DNA of 64,000 nucleotides from positions 124,001 to 188,000 of the forward strand of contig JAXLNO010000385.1 of the NCBI GenBank assembly GCA_038087875.1, in the 5' to 3' direction. The notes below the pieces were generated by a model. The model was not told the DNA's origin. It saw only the letters and a program-made list of their open reading frames with translations, and did not search any database. Both the position numbers and the translations under genes were made by a program. Source of the stretch: Malacoraja senta. Taxonomy: Eukaryota. Below, piece after piece: positions 45,279 to 56,593 of this stretch. How positions within the stretch are numbered: position 1 is the stretch's first letter; every line of letters begins with the position of its first letter.

Positions 45279-45670
45279 TACATCCCCCACCACCCATAGA
45301 ATTCTGGATTGGTGGAGGGAATGAATAGGACACTAAAGAATGTGGAAGTTAGTTTTGACCGACAGGCCCTCAGCGATTAATTAATTACAAGCGCACTGCA
45401 ATTAACCCGAACCTTGTCGGTCTTGCATTCAGAGGTTTTGGAAACGCAGAAGCCTCTGCCAGTTGAACACAGACACAGTCCATACTACTTGGGAGACTAC
45501 ATACTGCTAAGGTACTGGGATCGGACGAAATTGGGTCTGTGTTGGAGGGGACTGTACCAGGTGCTACTACGACACCAACCACCGTAAAGATTGAAGATTA
45601 CACCCGTTGGAGACATCTGACACGATTGACTAAATGGAGGGGAACCAAGAAACGACAATGGGGCTATTAA
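45279..45670 (+). pseudogene. pol: ERV pol integrase remnant
   Basis: YIPHHP*NSGLVEGMNRTLK (core E motif), deletion, then LTRTLSVLHSEV..HSPYYLGDYILLRYWDRTKLGLCWRGLYQVLL/TPTTVKIEDYTRWRHLTRL (GPY/F-type C-terminus). Confidence 0.88.
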
Positions 45671-46340
45671 CCCTCCTTTTTATCCTGAGGTTGGACTTGG
45701 GGAACAACCCCTGCACCAAGACGTCCTGTGAATAAGGCTGAAAACTCTCCTTACGTTTATAACACTGACCAAGATGGATCCATTCCATCGAAACATAGAA
45801 AATAGGTGCAGGAGGAGGCCATTCGGCCATTCGAGCCAGCACCGCCATTCATTGTGATCATGGCTGATCGTCCCCTATCAATAACCCGTGCCTACCTTCT
45901 CCCCATATCCCTTGACTCCACTATCCCATGGAGCTCTATCTAACTCTCTCTTAAATCCATCCAGTGACTTGGCCTCCACTGCCCTCGGTGGCAGGGAATT
46001 CCACAAATTCACAACTCTCTGGGTGAAAACGTTTTTTTTCTCACCTCAGTCTTAAATGACCTCCACTTTATTCTAAAACTGTGTGGCCCCTGGTTCTGGA
46101 CTCGCCCCAAAATTGGGAACATTTTTCCTGCATCTACCACAGGTTCTTGAAGTAACCAGAAAAAGTTGGCACCTGATCCTGGAGCTACAGACAGAGCTGA
46201 AACTGATGAGAAAATGTGCTCACCCAGTCTGGAAATGACCATCTCACTTCCATCACACGCCAGCTGAAGGAGAGCAATCAGGTTGCGGAGTTGCAAAGGC
46301 CTGATTTAGGAGTGCGACTCAGTTACAGAACTGGATTGAA
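45658..46340 (+). pseudogene. env: ERV env remnant (signal-peptide start; degraded TM ectodomain), split by a CR1 tail at ~45788-46135
   Basis: ATG at 45658 overlaps the pol stop and gives MGLLTLLFILRL; 46136-46340 loosely resembles ISD/CX6CC/heptad region (QKK.A-LIL..KLM.KC; LTSITRQLKE..VAELQ..QNWI). Confidence 0.5.
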
Positions 46341-47180
46341 AAGGGGAGATGCAACGAGACCTGGGTGTCATGGTACACCAGTCATTGAAAGTGGACATGC
46401 AGCTGCAGCATGCAGTGAAGAAAGCGAATGGTATGTTAGCATTCATAGCGAAAGGATTTGAGTCTAGGAGCAGGGAGGTTCCACTGCATTTGTACAGGGT
46501 CTTGGTGAAACCACACCTGGAGTATTGCGTACAGTTTTGGTCTCCTAATCTGAGGAAGAACATTCTTGCCATAGAGGTAGTACAGAGACGGTTCACCAGA
46601 CTGATTCCTGGGATGTCAGGACTTTCATATGAGGAAAGACTGGATAGACTCGGCTTGTACTCGCTAGAATTTAGAAGACTGAGGGGGGGTCTTATAGAAA
46701 CGTACAAAATTCTTGAGGGGTTGGACAGGCTAGATGCAGGAAGATTGTTCCAGAGGTTGGGGAAGTCCAGAACAAGGGGTCACAGTTTAAGGATAAAGGG
46801 GAAATCTTTTAGGACTGAGATGAGAACAAAAATTTACACAGGGAGTGGTGAATCTCTGGAATTCTCTGCCACAGAATGTAGTTGAGGCCAGTTCATTGGC
46901 TATATTTAAGAGGGAGTTAGATGTGGCCCTTGTGGCTAAAGGGATCAGGGGGTATGGAGAGAAGGCAGGTACGAGATACTGAGTTGGATGATCAGCCATG
47001 ATCATATTGAATGGCGGTGCAGGATGGAAGGGCCGAATGGCCTACTCCTGCACCTATTTTCTATGTTTCTATGAAGATGAACCACATTTGATCAACAATT
47101 TGGAAGCATTTCGATCTCTATCAGGTGACCTAGAGAGAGAGAAGCTGATCATTTTGAAATAGATCTTGAGAGAGATAATG

Positions 47181-47900
47181 CACGACGCTGACCAGGAAGA
47201 CAATGCCTGAGACCTGGTGGGTAATCAGTGTGATGACAATCAGGAGATTGATGAGGATGGCAACAATGGCGTTTCTGATGAGAAGGACAATTGCTGTTTA
47301 TTCCCAACCTTGACCAGATCGATGCCGATGGTGACGGCAGAGGAGACACTACTTTGAGAACGACAACATCCCAGATATCTATGACATGTTCCCTGAGAAC
47401 AGCGCCATCAGCGAGACTGACCTGAGGAAGTTCCATAGGGGACGATGCAGATCGATCCTCACTGGGTTGTGCGCAACAAGGGCAGGGAGTTGCTGCAGAC
47501 CGCCAACTCTGACCCTGGCCTTGCTGTCTGATTCGAGGAGTTCAACGCCATCAAATTCAGTGGCACCTTCTACATCAACACAGACTGCAATCTACGCTGG
47601 CTTTGTCTTTGGGTTCCAGTCCAGCAGCCGCTTCTAGTTGGTGATGTGGAAGCAGGTCACCCAAACTTACTGGGAGTAGAAGCTGCCCAAAGCCCATGGG
47701 TATGCTGGCATCTCGCTCAAGGTGGTGAACCCTACCGAGGGCAGAGATGGGGAGCAATGCTCTCCGAAGAGACTGTCAATACCCTCGGACAGGTGCGAAC
47801 TTTATGGCACAACCCCAAGAATATCGGCTGAAAGGATTACACCGCCTACAGGTGGCACCTGATCCTTCAACCCGAAACAAGCTTCATCAGGTCAATGAAG
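47181..47900 (+). pseudogene. THBS2: Intronless thrombospondin-2-like fragment, right arm
   Basis: Same motifs as left copy; GQVRTLWHNPKNIG*KDYTAYRWHL..SFIR fits THBS2 better than THBS1/3/4/COMP as I recall those sequences. Confidence 0.88.
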
Positions 47901-47973
47901 AGAATGAGAACTGGTTGCCATGTCCGTTGGTTCGATGGACTTTGAGGTACTATTGAACTGGTGACTATACCTT

Positions 47974-48090
47974 TGGTTTGATGGACTTTGGGGTACTGTG
48001 ATACATTATGGCTCTATCTTTCTGTTAATTATTGCTCTAATCTTTATCATTAAATTCTTGCGAGCATTGTGTACCTATCGAGGACTGTGA
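47974..48090 (+). pseudogene. env: Env-like membrane-proximal region, transmembrane anchor and short tail
   Basis: WFDGLWGTVIHYGSIFLLIIALIFIIKFLRALCTYRGL*, ending 17 nt before the PPT. Confidence 0.65.
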
Positions 48091-48107
48091 ATGTTATCAT
48101 GTATGAT

Positions 48108-48120
48108 AAAAAGGAGGGAA
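48108..48120 (+). promoter_or_regulatory. Retroviral polypurine tract
   Basis: AAAAAGGAGGGAA immediately followed by TGAAAGA. Confidence 0.8.
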
Positions 48121-49456
48121 TGAAAGAGCTAATAGTCAAATCTAATGTAGTTTACAAAATAGAGTTGTTCTTCTTACTAATATAAGATGGAAACTTATGC
48201 CCATGTCCCACTTAGGAAACCTGAACGGAAACCTCTGGAGACTTTGCACCCCACCCAAGGTTTCCGTGCGGTTCCCGGAGGTTTTTGCCAGTCTCCCTAA
48301 TGGTCGAAAGTGGTTTCCGCTTCATCTATGCTCCGGCGATTATTTAAAAAAATTCAAAACCGGCCGCGTCTATAAAAAAAAATTGCCGTTTTAAAAATCG
48401 GTAATTTTTTAGACGAAGCCGGTTGCGATGCTAGTTGAAGGTGGTTGCCGGAGGTTGCAGGTAGTGGAAGATCTTACCTTCCACTACCTGCAACCTCCGG
48501 CAACCACCTGCAACCTCCGGCAACCACCTTCAACATGCATCGCAACCGGCTTCGACTAAAAAAATTACCGATTTTTTAAAACGGCAACTTATTTTTAGTC
48601 GCGACCGGTTTTGAATTTTTTGAAATAATCGCCGGAACATAGAAGAAGCGGAAACCACTTTTGCCCATTAGGGAGACGGACAAAAGCCTCCGGGAACCGC
48701 ACGGAAACCTTGGATGGGGCGCAAAGACTCCAGAAGTTCCCGTTCAGGTTCCCTAAGTGGGACAGGAGCATTTCCTGTAAAGAACGCATGGTTTAATAGA
48801 ACAAAAAGAATGGCTCGGTGCTAAGTCTGAACGACTGCAAATTATATGGAACACAATATGGAGGACAAGTTATCTTTTCAATAAAGACATTAAGATGGAA
48901 ACCTACGTAATAATATGTGCTTCTTTCAAGAACATAAAGAAGCCAAGATTGAAAAAAATAGCTATCGCTGCAGAAATAAGCAATAACTTGTTATTGGATG
49001 AGCTTGATTTGGACCCATCTTTTCCTATATTCTGAAAGGCTATAGAATCTTTCAATCATGCCATAGTCAGACTTGGTACGAGTGTTTTACTGATAAGGAA
49101 AATGTATAATTGTGCTAACTTTCCTTTGTTCTGTGAGTGGAGCCCGAGAAACACTGAGCAACGTTTGTGCTCTTTGTAGATGTTGCCACTCCTGTCTGAC
49201 GAATCGATTAAAGATTGGCTTGGTTTACCTATAACCTGTTGTTTACCTGTTGTTTTCTGCTTTTAAGAAACAAACTTTGATACCACCAGCCCCATTTGAG
49301 GGGGGACGGGAGGGCGGAGGGGAAGAGGGGTAACAAAAAGGTTATGGGATGTCCCGACGAATAATAATATTCTTCCTTTCCAAAGAGGAGCCCGCAAATC
49401 CTTGGGGAGAGAGGACCGAAAGAGGTAAGAAATTAGGGATTTCTACGATCATTTCA
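48121..49456 (+). mobile_element. ERV 3' LTR (right arm) containing a MITE
   Basis: TGAAA start, TATAAT 49105, GAGTGG/CCACTC R-region stem (49135/49186), ATTAAA 49207, ATTTCA end. Confidence 0.75.
48198..48770. mobile_element. PIF/Harbinger-like palindromic MITE (right arm copy)
   Basis: Same TIRs; TTA/TTT flanks. Confidence 0.9.
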
Positions 49457-49837
49457 TCTCTAATCTCCTCTCTCCTCTCCTTCCCTCTACTCTCCTCTCA
49501 ATCCCTCCCCTCTTCTCATCTCTCCTCCCCTCTCCCCTCCTCCCCACTTTTACCTGAATGGCATCAAGTTAGGAAAAGGGAAGTACAACAAGATCTGGGT
49601 GTCCTTGTTCATCAGTCACTGAAAGTAACATGCAGGTACAGCGGGCTGTGAAGAAAGCTAATGGCATGTTGGCCTTCATAACAAGAGGCGTTGAGTATAG
49701 GAGCAAAGAGGTCCTTCGGCAGTTGTACACGGCCCTGGTGAGGCCACACCTGGAGTATTGTGTGCAGTTTAGGTCGCCAAATTTGCGGAAGGACATTTTA
49801 TCCTTGAGGTAGTGCAGCATTGGTTCACCAGGTTAAT

Positions 49838-50280
49838 GAAGAAAGACTGGATAGACTCGGCTTATACTCGCTAGAATTTAGGAGATTGAGAGGGGAACAT
49901 AGAAACTTACAAAATTCTTATGGGGTTGGACAGGCTAGATGCAGGAAGATTGTTCCCGATGTTGGGGAAGTCCAGGACAAGGGGTCACAGCTTAAGGATG
50001 AGGGGGTAATCCGTTAAGACCGAGATGAGAAAAAACGTTTTCACACAGAGAGTGGTGAATCTCTGGAACTCTCTGCCACAGAGGGTAGTTGAGGCCAGTT
50101 TATTGCCAATATTTAAGAGGGAGTTAGATATGGCCCTTGTGGCTAAAGGGATCAGGGGGTATGGAGAGAAGGCAGGTACGGGATACTGAGTTGGATGATC
50201 AGGCATGATCATATTGAATGGCGGTGCAGGCTCGAAGGGCCGAATGGCCTACTCCTGCACCTATATTCTATGTATCTATG
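49838..50280 (+). mobile_element. CR1 3' fragment inserted in an older CR1, right arm only
   Basis: Flanked by TAAT duplication (49834-37, 50281-84); absent at ~32525-32535. Confidence 0.9.
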
Positions 50281-50982
50281 TAATTCCCGGGATGGCGGGA
50301 CTGTCAGATGTTGACAGAATGGAACGACTGGGCTTGTATACACTGGAATTTAGAAGGATGAGAGGGTATCTTATTGAATCATATATGATTACAAGACTAC
50401 GTGGGATCCTTTGGGTCCCATTCCACCAACACAATATTCCACCACTTACGCATTGCCACCAATTGCGCAGGCGTGGCTGATCGGTTCCCGTTGTGACGCC
50501 ACTTATCCCCCCCTCGTCTCTTCACTCCACCCTTCCCCCCTTGCCCTTCCCCTGCTCCCACCTACCGCGACCCTCCTTCATCTCCCCCTCTCCTTACTCC
50601 TTCTTGACGCGGCTGAGGGGTTCCCGCTGTGATTCCACTGATCCCCACTCTTCCCCTCCCCCTCCCCCACTACCCCCACTTGCCCTCCCCCCCACCCTTC
50701 CCCTCCCCGCCATCTCCCTCCCCACCACCCTTTCCCCTCCTCTCTCCCCCCCTCCTCTCCCCTCCTTCCGTCAAGTTGGGAAAAGGGAAAGTACAACGGG
50801 ATCTGGGGGTCCTTGTACATCAGTCTATGAAAGTAAGCATGCAGGTACAGCAGGCAGTGAAGAAAGCGAATGGCATGTTGGCCTTTATAACAAGAGGAAT
50901 CGAATATAGGAGCAAAGAGGTATTTCTGCGGTTGTACAGAGCCCTAGTGAGACCACAACTGGAGTATTGTGTGCAGTTTCAC

Positions 50983-53900
50983 CATTTAACCATATAACCA
51001 TATAACAATTACAGCATGGAAACAGGCCATCTCGGCCTTTCAAGTCCATGCCGAACACTTTTTATCCCCTAGTCCCATCTACCTGCACTCAGACCATAAC
51101 CCTCCATTCCTTTCTCGTCCATATACCCATCCAATCTATTTTTAAATGATAAAATCGAACCTGCCTCCACCACTTCCACTGGAAGCTCATTCCACACTGC
51201 TACCACTCTCTGAGTAAAGAAGATCCCCCTAATGTTACCCCAAAACTTCTGTCCCTTAATTCTCAAGTCATGTCCTCTTGTTTGAATCTTCCCTACTCTC
51301 AATGGGAAAAGCTTATCCACGTCAACTCTGTCTATCCCTCTCATCATTTTAAAGACCTCTATCAAGTCCCCCCTTAACCTTCTGCGCTCCAAAGAATAAA
51401 GACCTAACTTGTTCAGCCTTTCTCTGTAACTTAGTTGCTGAAACCCAGGCAACATTCCCGTAAATCTCCTCTGTACTCTCTCTATTTTGTTGACATCCTT
51501 CCTATAATTAGGCGACCAAATTGTACTGCATACTCCAGAATTGGCCTCACCAATGCCTTGTACAATTTTAACATTACATCCCAACTTCTATACTCAATGC
51601 TCTGATTTATAAAGGCCAGCACACCAAAAGCTTTCTTTACCACCCTATCTACATGAGATTTCACCTTCAGGGAACTATGCACAGTTATTCCTAGATCCCT
51701 CTGTTCAACTGCATTCCTCAATTCGCTACCATTTACCATGTACGTCCTATTTTGATTTGTCCTGCCAAGATGTAGCACCTCACATTGATCAGCATTAAAC
51801 TCCATCTGACATCTTTCAGCCCACTCTTCCAAATGGCCTAAATCTCTCTGCAGACTTTGAAAATCTACTTCATTATCCACAACACCAACCACCTATCTTA
51901 GTATCATCTGCATACTTACTAATCCAATTTTCCACACCATCATCCAGATCATTGATGTACATGACAAACAACAGTGGACCCAACACAGACCCCTGAGGCA
52001 CCCCATTAGTCACCGGCCTCCAACCTGACAAACAGCCATCCACCATTACTCTCTGGCATCTCCCATTCAGCCACTGTTGAATCCATCTTGCTACTCCACC
52101 ATTAATACCCAACAATTGAATCTTCTTAACCAACCTTCCATGAGGAACCTTGTCAAAGGCCTTACTGAAGTCCATATAGACAACATCCACTGCTTTACCC
52201 TCATCAATTTCCCTAGTAACCTCTTCGAAAAATTCAAGAAGATTAGTCAAACATGACCTTCCAGGCAGAAATCCATGTTGACTGTTCCTAATCAGACCCT
52301 GCTTATCCAGATGCTTATATATATATTATCTCTAAGTATTCTTTCCATTAATTTGCCCACCACTGACGTCAAACCAACAGGTCTATAATTGCTTGGTTTA
52401 CTCTTAGAACACTTTTTAAACAAAGGAACAACATGCGCAGTACACCACTCCTCCAGCACTATTCCCGTTTCTAATGACATTTGAAATATTTCTATCATAG
52501 CCCCTGCTATTTCTACACTAACTTCCCTCAATGTCCTCGGGAATATGCTGTCAGGACCTGGAGACGTATCCGTTTTCATATTTTTCAAAAGTGTCCGCAC
52601 CTCCTCTTCTTTGAATCGCTACTCTGCTTGTTTCCCTTACCTCACATAATTCCATATCCTCCTTAGTGAATACCGAAGAAAAAAAATTGTTCAATATCTC
52701 CCCCATCTCTTTTGGCTCTGCAGATAGCTGTCCACTCTGACTCTCGAATGGACCAATTTTATTCCTTGTTATCCTTTTGCTATTAATATAGCTGTAGAAA
52801 CCCTTTGGATTTACTTTCACCTTACTTGCCAAAGCAACCTCATATCTTCTTTTAGCTTTTCTAATTTCTTTCTTTATATTCTTTTTACATTCTTTATACT
52901 CCTCAAGCACTTCATTTACTCCATGTTGCCTATAATTATTGTAGATCTCTCTATCTTTTTCCGAACCAAGTGTCCAATTTCCCATGAAACCATGGCTCTT
53001 TCCAATTTTTACTATTTCCTTTCAACTGAACAGGGACATAAAGATTCTGTACTCTTAAAATTTCACCTTTAAATGTCCTCCATTTCTCTTCTACATCCTT
53101 CCCATAAAACAACATGTCCCAATTCACTCCTTTTAAATCCTTTCGCATCTCCTCAAAGTTACCCTTTCTCCAATCAAAAATCTCAACCTGAGGTCCAGTT
53201 CTGACCCTCTCCATAATTATATTGAAACTAATGGTATTGTGATCACTGGACCCGCAGTGCTCCCCGACGCATACCTCCGCCACCTGCCCTGTCTCATTTC
53301 CTAACAGGTCCAGCACTGCCCCTTCTCCAGTACGTACCTCTATGTATTGCTGCAAAAAACTATCCTGCACACATTTTACAAACTCCAAACCATCCAGCCC
53401 TTTTACAGAATGTGTTTCCCAGTCTATGTGTGGAAGATTGAAATCTCCCACAATCACTACCTTGTGCTTACTACTAATATCTGCTATCTCCTTACATATT
53501 TGCTCTACCAATTCTCGCTCTCCATTTGGCGGTCAATAATACACCCCTATAAGTGTTGCTACATCTTTCCCATTTCTCAGTTCCACCCAAATAGCCTCCC
53601 TAGACGAGCCCTCTAGTCTATCCTGCCAAAGCACTGCTGTAATATCTTCCTTGACAAGAAATGCAACACCCCCACCTGTTGCCCCTCCAATTCTATCACC
53701 CCTGAAGCAACGAAATCCTGGACTATTTAGTTTCCAATCACAGCCCTCCTGCAACCATGTTTCACTGATCGCCACAACACCATACTTCCAGGTGTCAATC
53801 CAGGCTCTAAGCTCATCCACCTTTCTTACAATGCTCCTAGCATTAACATATACACATTTAGAAACCCACCACCACTTATTCTCTGTTTATTATATATTTT

Positions 53901-54128
53901 CTTCTTTCTCCCCTACATTTTGGGTCCGAGTGCTTCCCTTCTCTGCCTCCTGCATCCCACATTTTCTACTAGCTTTCTCTATTTGGGTCCCTCCCCCCAA
54001 CCGTTCTAGTTTAAAGTCTCCCCAGTAGCCTTTGCAAATCTCCCCGCCAGGATATTGGTCCCCCTCGGGTTCAAGTGCAGGTCACACTGTACAGGTCACA
54101 CCTTCCCCGAAAGAGGTCCCAATGATCC
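50983..54128 (-). mobile_element. CR1 lineage B (right arm copy), disrupted
   Basis: Mirror of 28672-31829; retains YADD and the TTTAAAC-TAG junction at 54015-54006. Confidence 0.95.
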
Positions 54129-54513
54129 TTTATTCAATTCCAATTTGTGGTGATAATCCATAGATGTCGAGTGAATCAAGGAAAGCTGTTGGGAAGGATT
54201 AGTTCCCTCAGTGACACCATTGATTGAAAGTACTCCTTATTAATTCCAGGGAAGCATCTGATACATGGAGAATTGATGCTTCTCATCGTATCGTTATGCG
54301 GAACCAAGATACAATTGTCGGAGAATAATTCTACAGGATTGTCAAATGCGGGATAGATGAAATCAATACAATGTTTTTGCTGATAGAACCATGTCTTCTG
54401 GCATTACAATTTCATCGTCTTCATTCTTTCAAATCTCGTCTTCTCCAACTTTCAACACAAATGAGAATAGTCGCCTTTTCCCTCGGTCAATCGCATATTC
54501 GTCTGTAATTGAA
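54125..54513 (-). pseudogene. Helitron Pif1 helicase relic (right arm)
   Basis: Mirror of 28286-28675. Confidence 0.72.
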
Positions 54514-54514
54514 A

Positions 54515-56450
54515 CTAGGTAGCGCTGCCGTGACCTACCGCTGCCGTGGCCAACCGCTACCGCTGCCGTGGCCTTCCGCTGTCTCTCCCCACCGGCTACA
54601 GGAGGGGGTCTGTAGGGTGCATCCTGCAGCTGGGGACACGGACGGCTTCAGGCGGGGGCCGGTGGGGGCGGAGGGGGGAAAGTGTCCCGCAGCTGGGGAC
54701 GGGGACGGCTTCAGGCGGGGGCTGTTGGGAGCGTCCTGTCGCTGGAGGAAGGGGACAGCTTCAGTTGGGGGGCAGCGGGAGCGTCCTGTAACCGGGGACG
54801 AGGACGGCTTCAGTCGGGGGCTGTCAGAGACCGGTTGGGGGGGTGCGAGCGACCTGCAGCCGGGGGATTGGGACGCCTTCAGGAGGGGCCTAACGGGGGG
54901 GAGCGTCCAACAGCTGGGGGAGTGGCACGGCTTCAGGCGGCGGCTGTCTGGGGCAGTTGGGTGGGGGTAGGGCTTCAGACGGGGGCTGTCGCAGCCGGTG
55001 GCGGAGAGGGGAACATCCGGCAGCCGGGAGGAGGGGACGGCTTCAGGCGGGGGCTGTCGTGGCCGGTTGGGGGGGAGGATCTTGCAGCAGGGGGACGGGG
55101 ACGGCTTCAGGCGGGGTTTGTCGCGACCGGTTGGCGGGGGGTCTTGAAACAGGGGGACAGGGACAGCTTCAGGCGTGGGTTGTCGGGGCCAGTGGGGGGG
55201 GGGGCGAGCATCCTGCAGCTGGGGGAGGGGGACAGCTTCAGGTGGGAGCCTTCGGGGGCCAGGGTGAGCTTCCTACAGCCGGCGAGGGGAGCAGCTTCAG
55301 GCAGAGGTTGTCGGGGACGATGGTGGTGGTGGGGCGTGCAACCTGCAGCCGGGGGAGGAGGGCGGGATGGGGCGCCTGCATCAGTGGATGGGGGACGGCT
55401 TCAGGAGGGGGCTATCGGGAGCGGGGTGGAGCGTCCTACAGCCGTGGGTGGGGAACGGCTTCAGGCGGGGGCTGGCAGTTGAGGGGGGCAGCGACATATA
55501 CCCGGGGAGGGGGACGGCTTCAGGCAGGGGCTGTCGGTGGACAGTGGGGCGGGCGTCCTGCAGCCGGAGTAGGGGAATGGCTTCAGGCGGGGGCCAGAGT
55601 AGGGGGGGGGGTTCTGGATCGCTGGTATAGGTGTTGTGGGTAGAAGGGACTGGTTTCCGGAGGGCTAGTACAGGCATTGTGGGCCGAATGGACTTTTCTT
55701 GGGCTAGTCCTGCAGCTGGGGACGGGGAGGGCGACGGCTTCAGGTGGGGGCCGGGGGGGTGGCGCTGCCGTGGCCTTCGTTTTGGGAGGTGTGTGTGCTA
55801 GGGGAGGGGAGTGCGTGGATGTGTGTGCGGTGGTGCTGTGCCCCGGCCAGCGCCCGGCCCCCGCCTGCGCCCGGCTCCCTCAATCCCCCCCACACTCACT
55901 CCCTACTTCCGCAGGATCTGGAGGTTGCAGCAGTCGGCCAGGCTCCGGACCGCTCCCCACTCCGGGCCGCCTCCGGGGTTCCTCGTCTCGGGGCGGCTCC
56001 TAGGCTCCCCGGCGGCTGCGGGGCTCACGGGCTTCGGGACGTCTTCGGGGCGCACTGGCTTCGGGATGGCTTCGGGGCGGGATGGCATCGCGGCGGGACG
56101 GATTCAGGACGACCGCGGGACTCAGGGCCGCGGGGCTCCGTTGCTTTATTCTCCTCGCCCCGGTGATTGACAGCGGGTGCCGGAAGGGGCGTGGTCGTCC
56201 CGGCGTATGACAGGAGAGAAGACCAATCTGCTGATATTACAATTTTTAAACCTCCGCAACTTTTGTAATATTCCACCGATCGGAAGAAACCTTAGTGCGC
56301 TTGTAGCACAGGGGAACGGCGAGTAAGGCGGGGGGGGGGGGGGGTCGCAGCGCTATCGGGGACCGTCTTTGCGCAAATGTAAATAAAGCGCAATCCGGAA
56401 GAGGACAAGATGAGGTTTAGTTAAGTATCGAAGATAGATAGAAGATAGAT
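54515..56450 (-). mobile_element. GC-rich non-autonomous Helitron-like element (right arm)
   Basis: CTAG at 54515-18; more minisatellite units than the left copy; (GATA)n at its 5' end. Confidence 0.65.
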
Positions 56451-56454
56451 TACG

Positions 56455-56511
<57 letters not shown>

Positions 56512-56536
56512 GTAGATAGGTAGATAGGTAGATAGG

Positions 56537-56593
<57 letters not shown>

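Noticed and set aside
48775..49240. Protein-like translation (EISNNLLLDELDLDPSF...)
   Set aside because: Interrupted by stops and better explained as LTR U3-R-U5.
54509..56276. Many overlapping Gly/Arg-rich ORFs; repeat-plus-variable-spacer look resembling a CRISPR array
   Set aside because: GC-rich degenerate minisatellite in a eukaryotic transposon; the repeats are not constant, the spacers are related to each other, and there are no cas genes.
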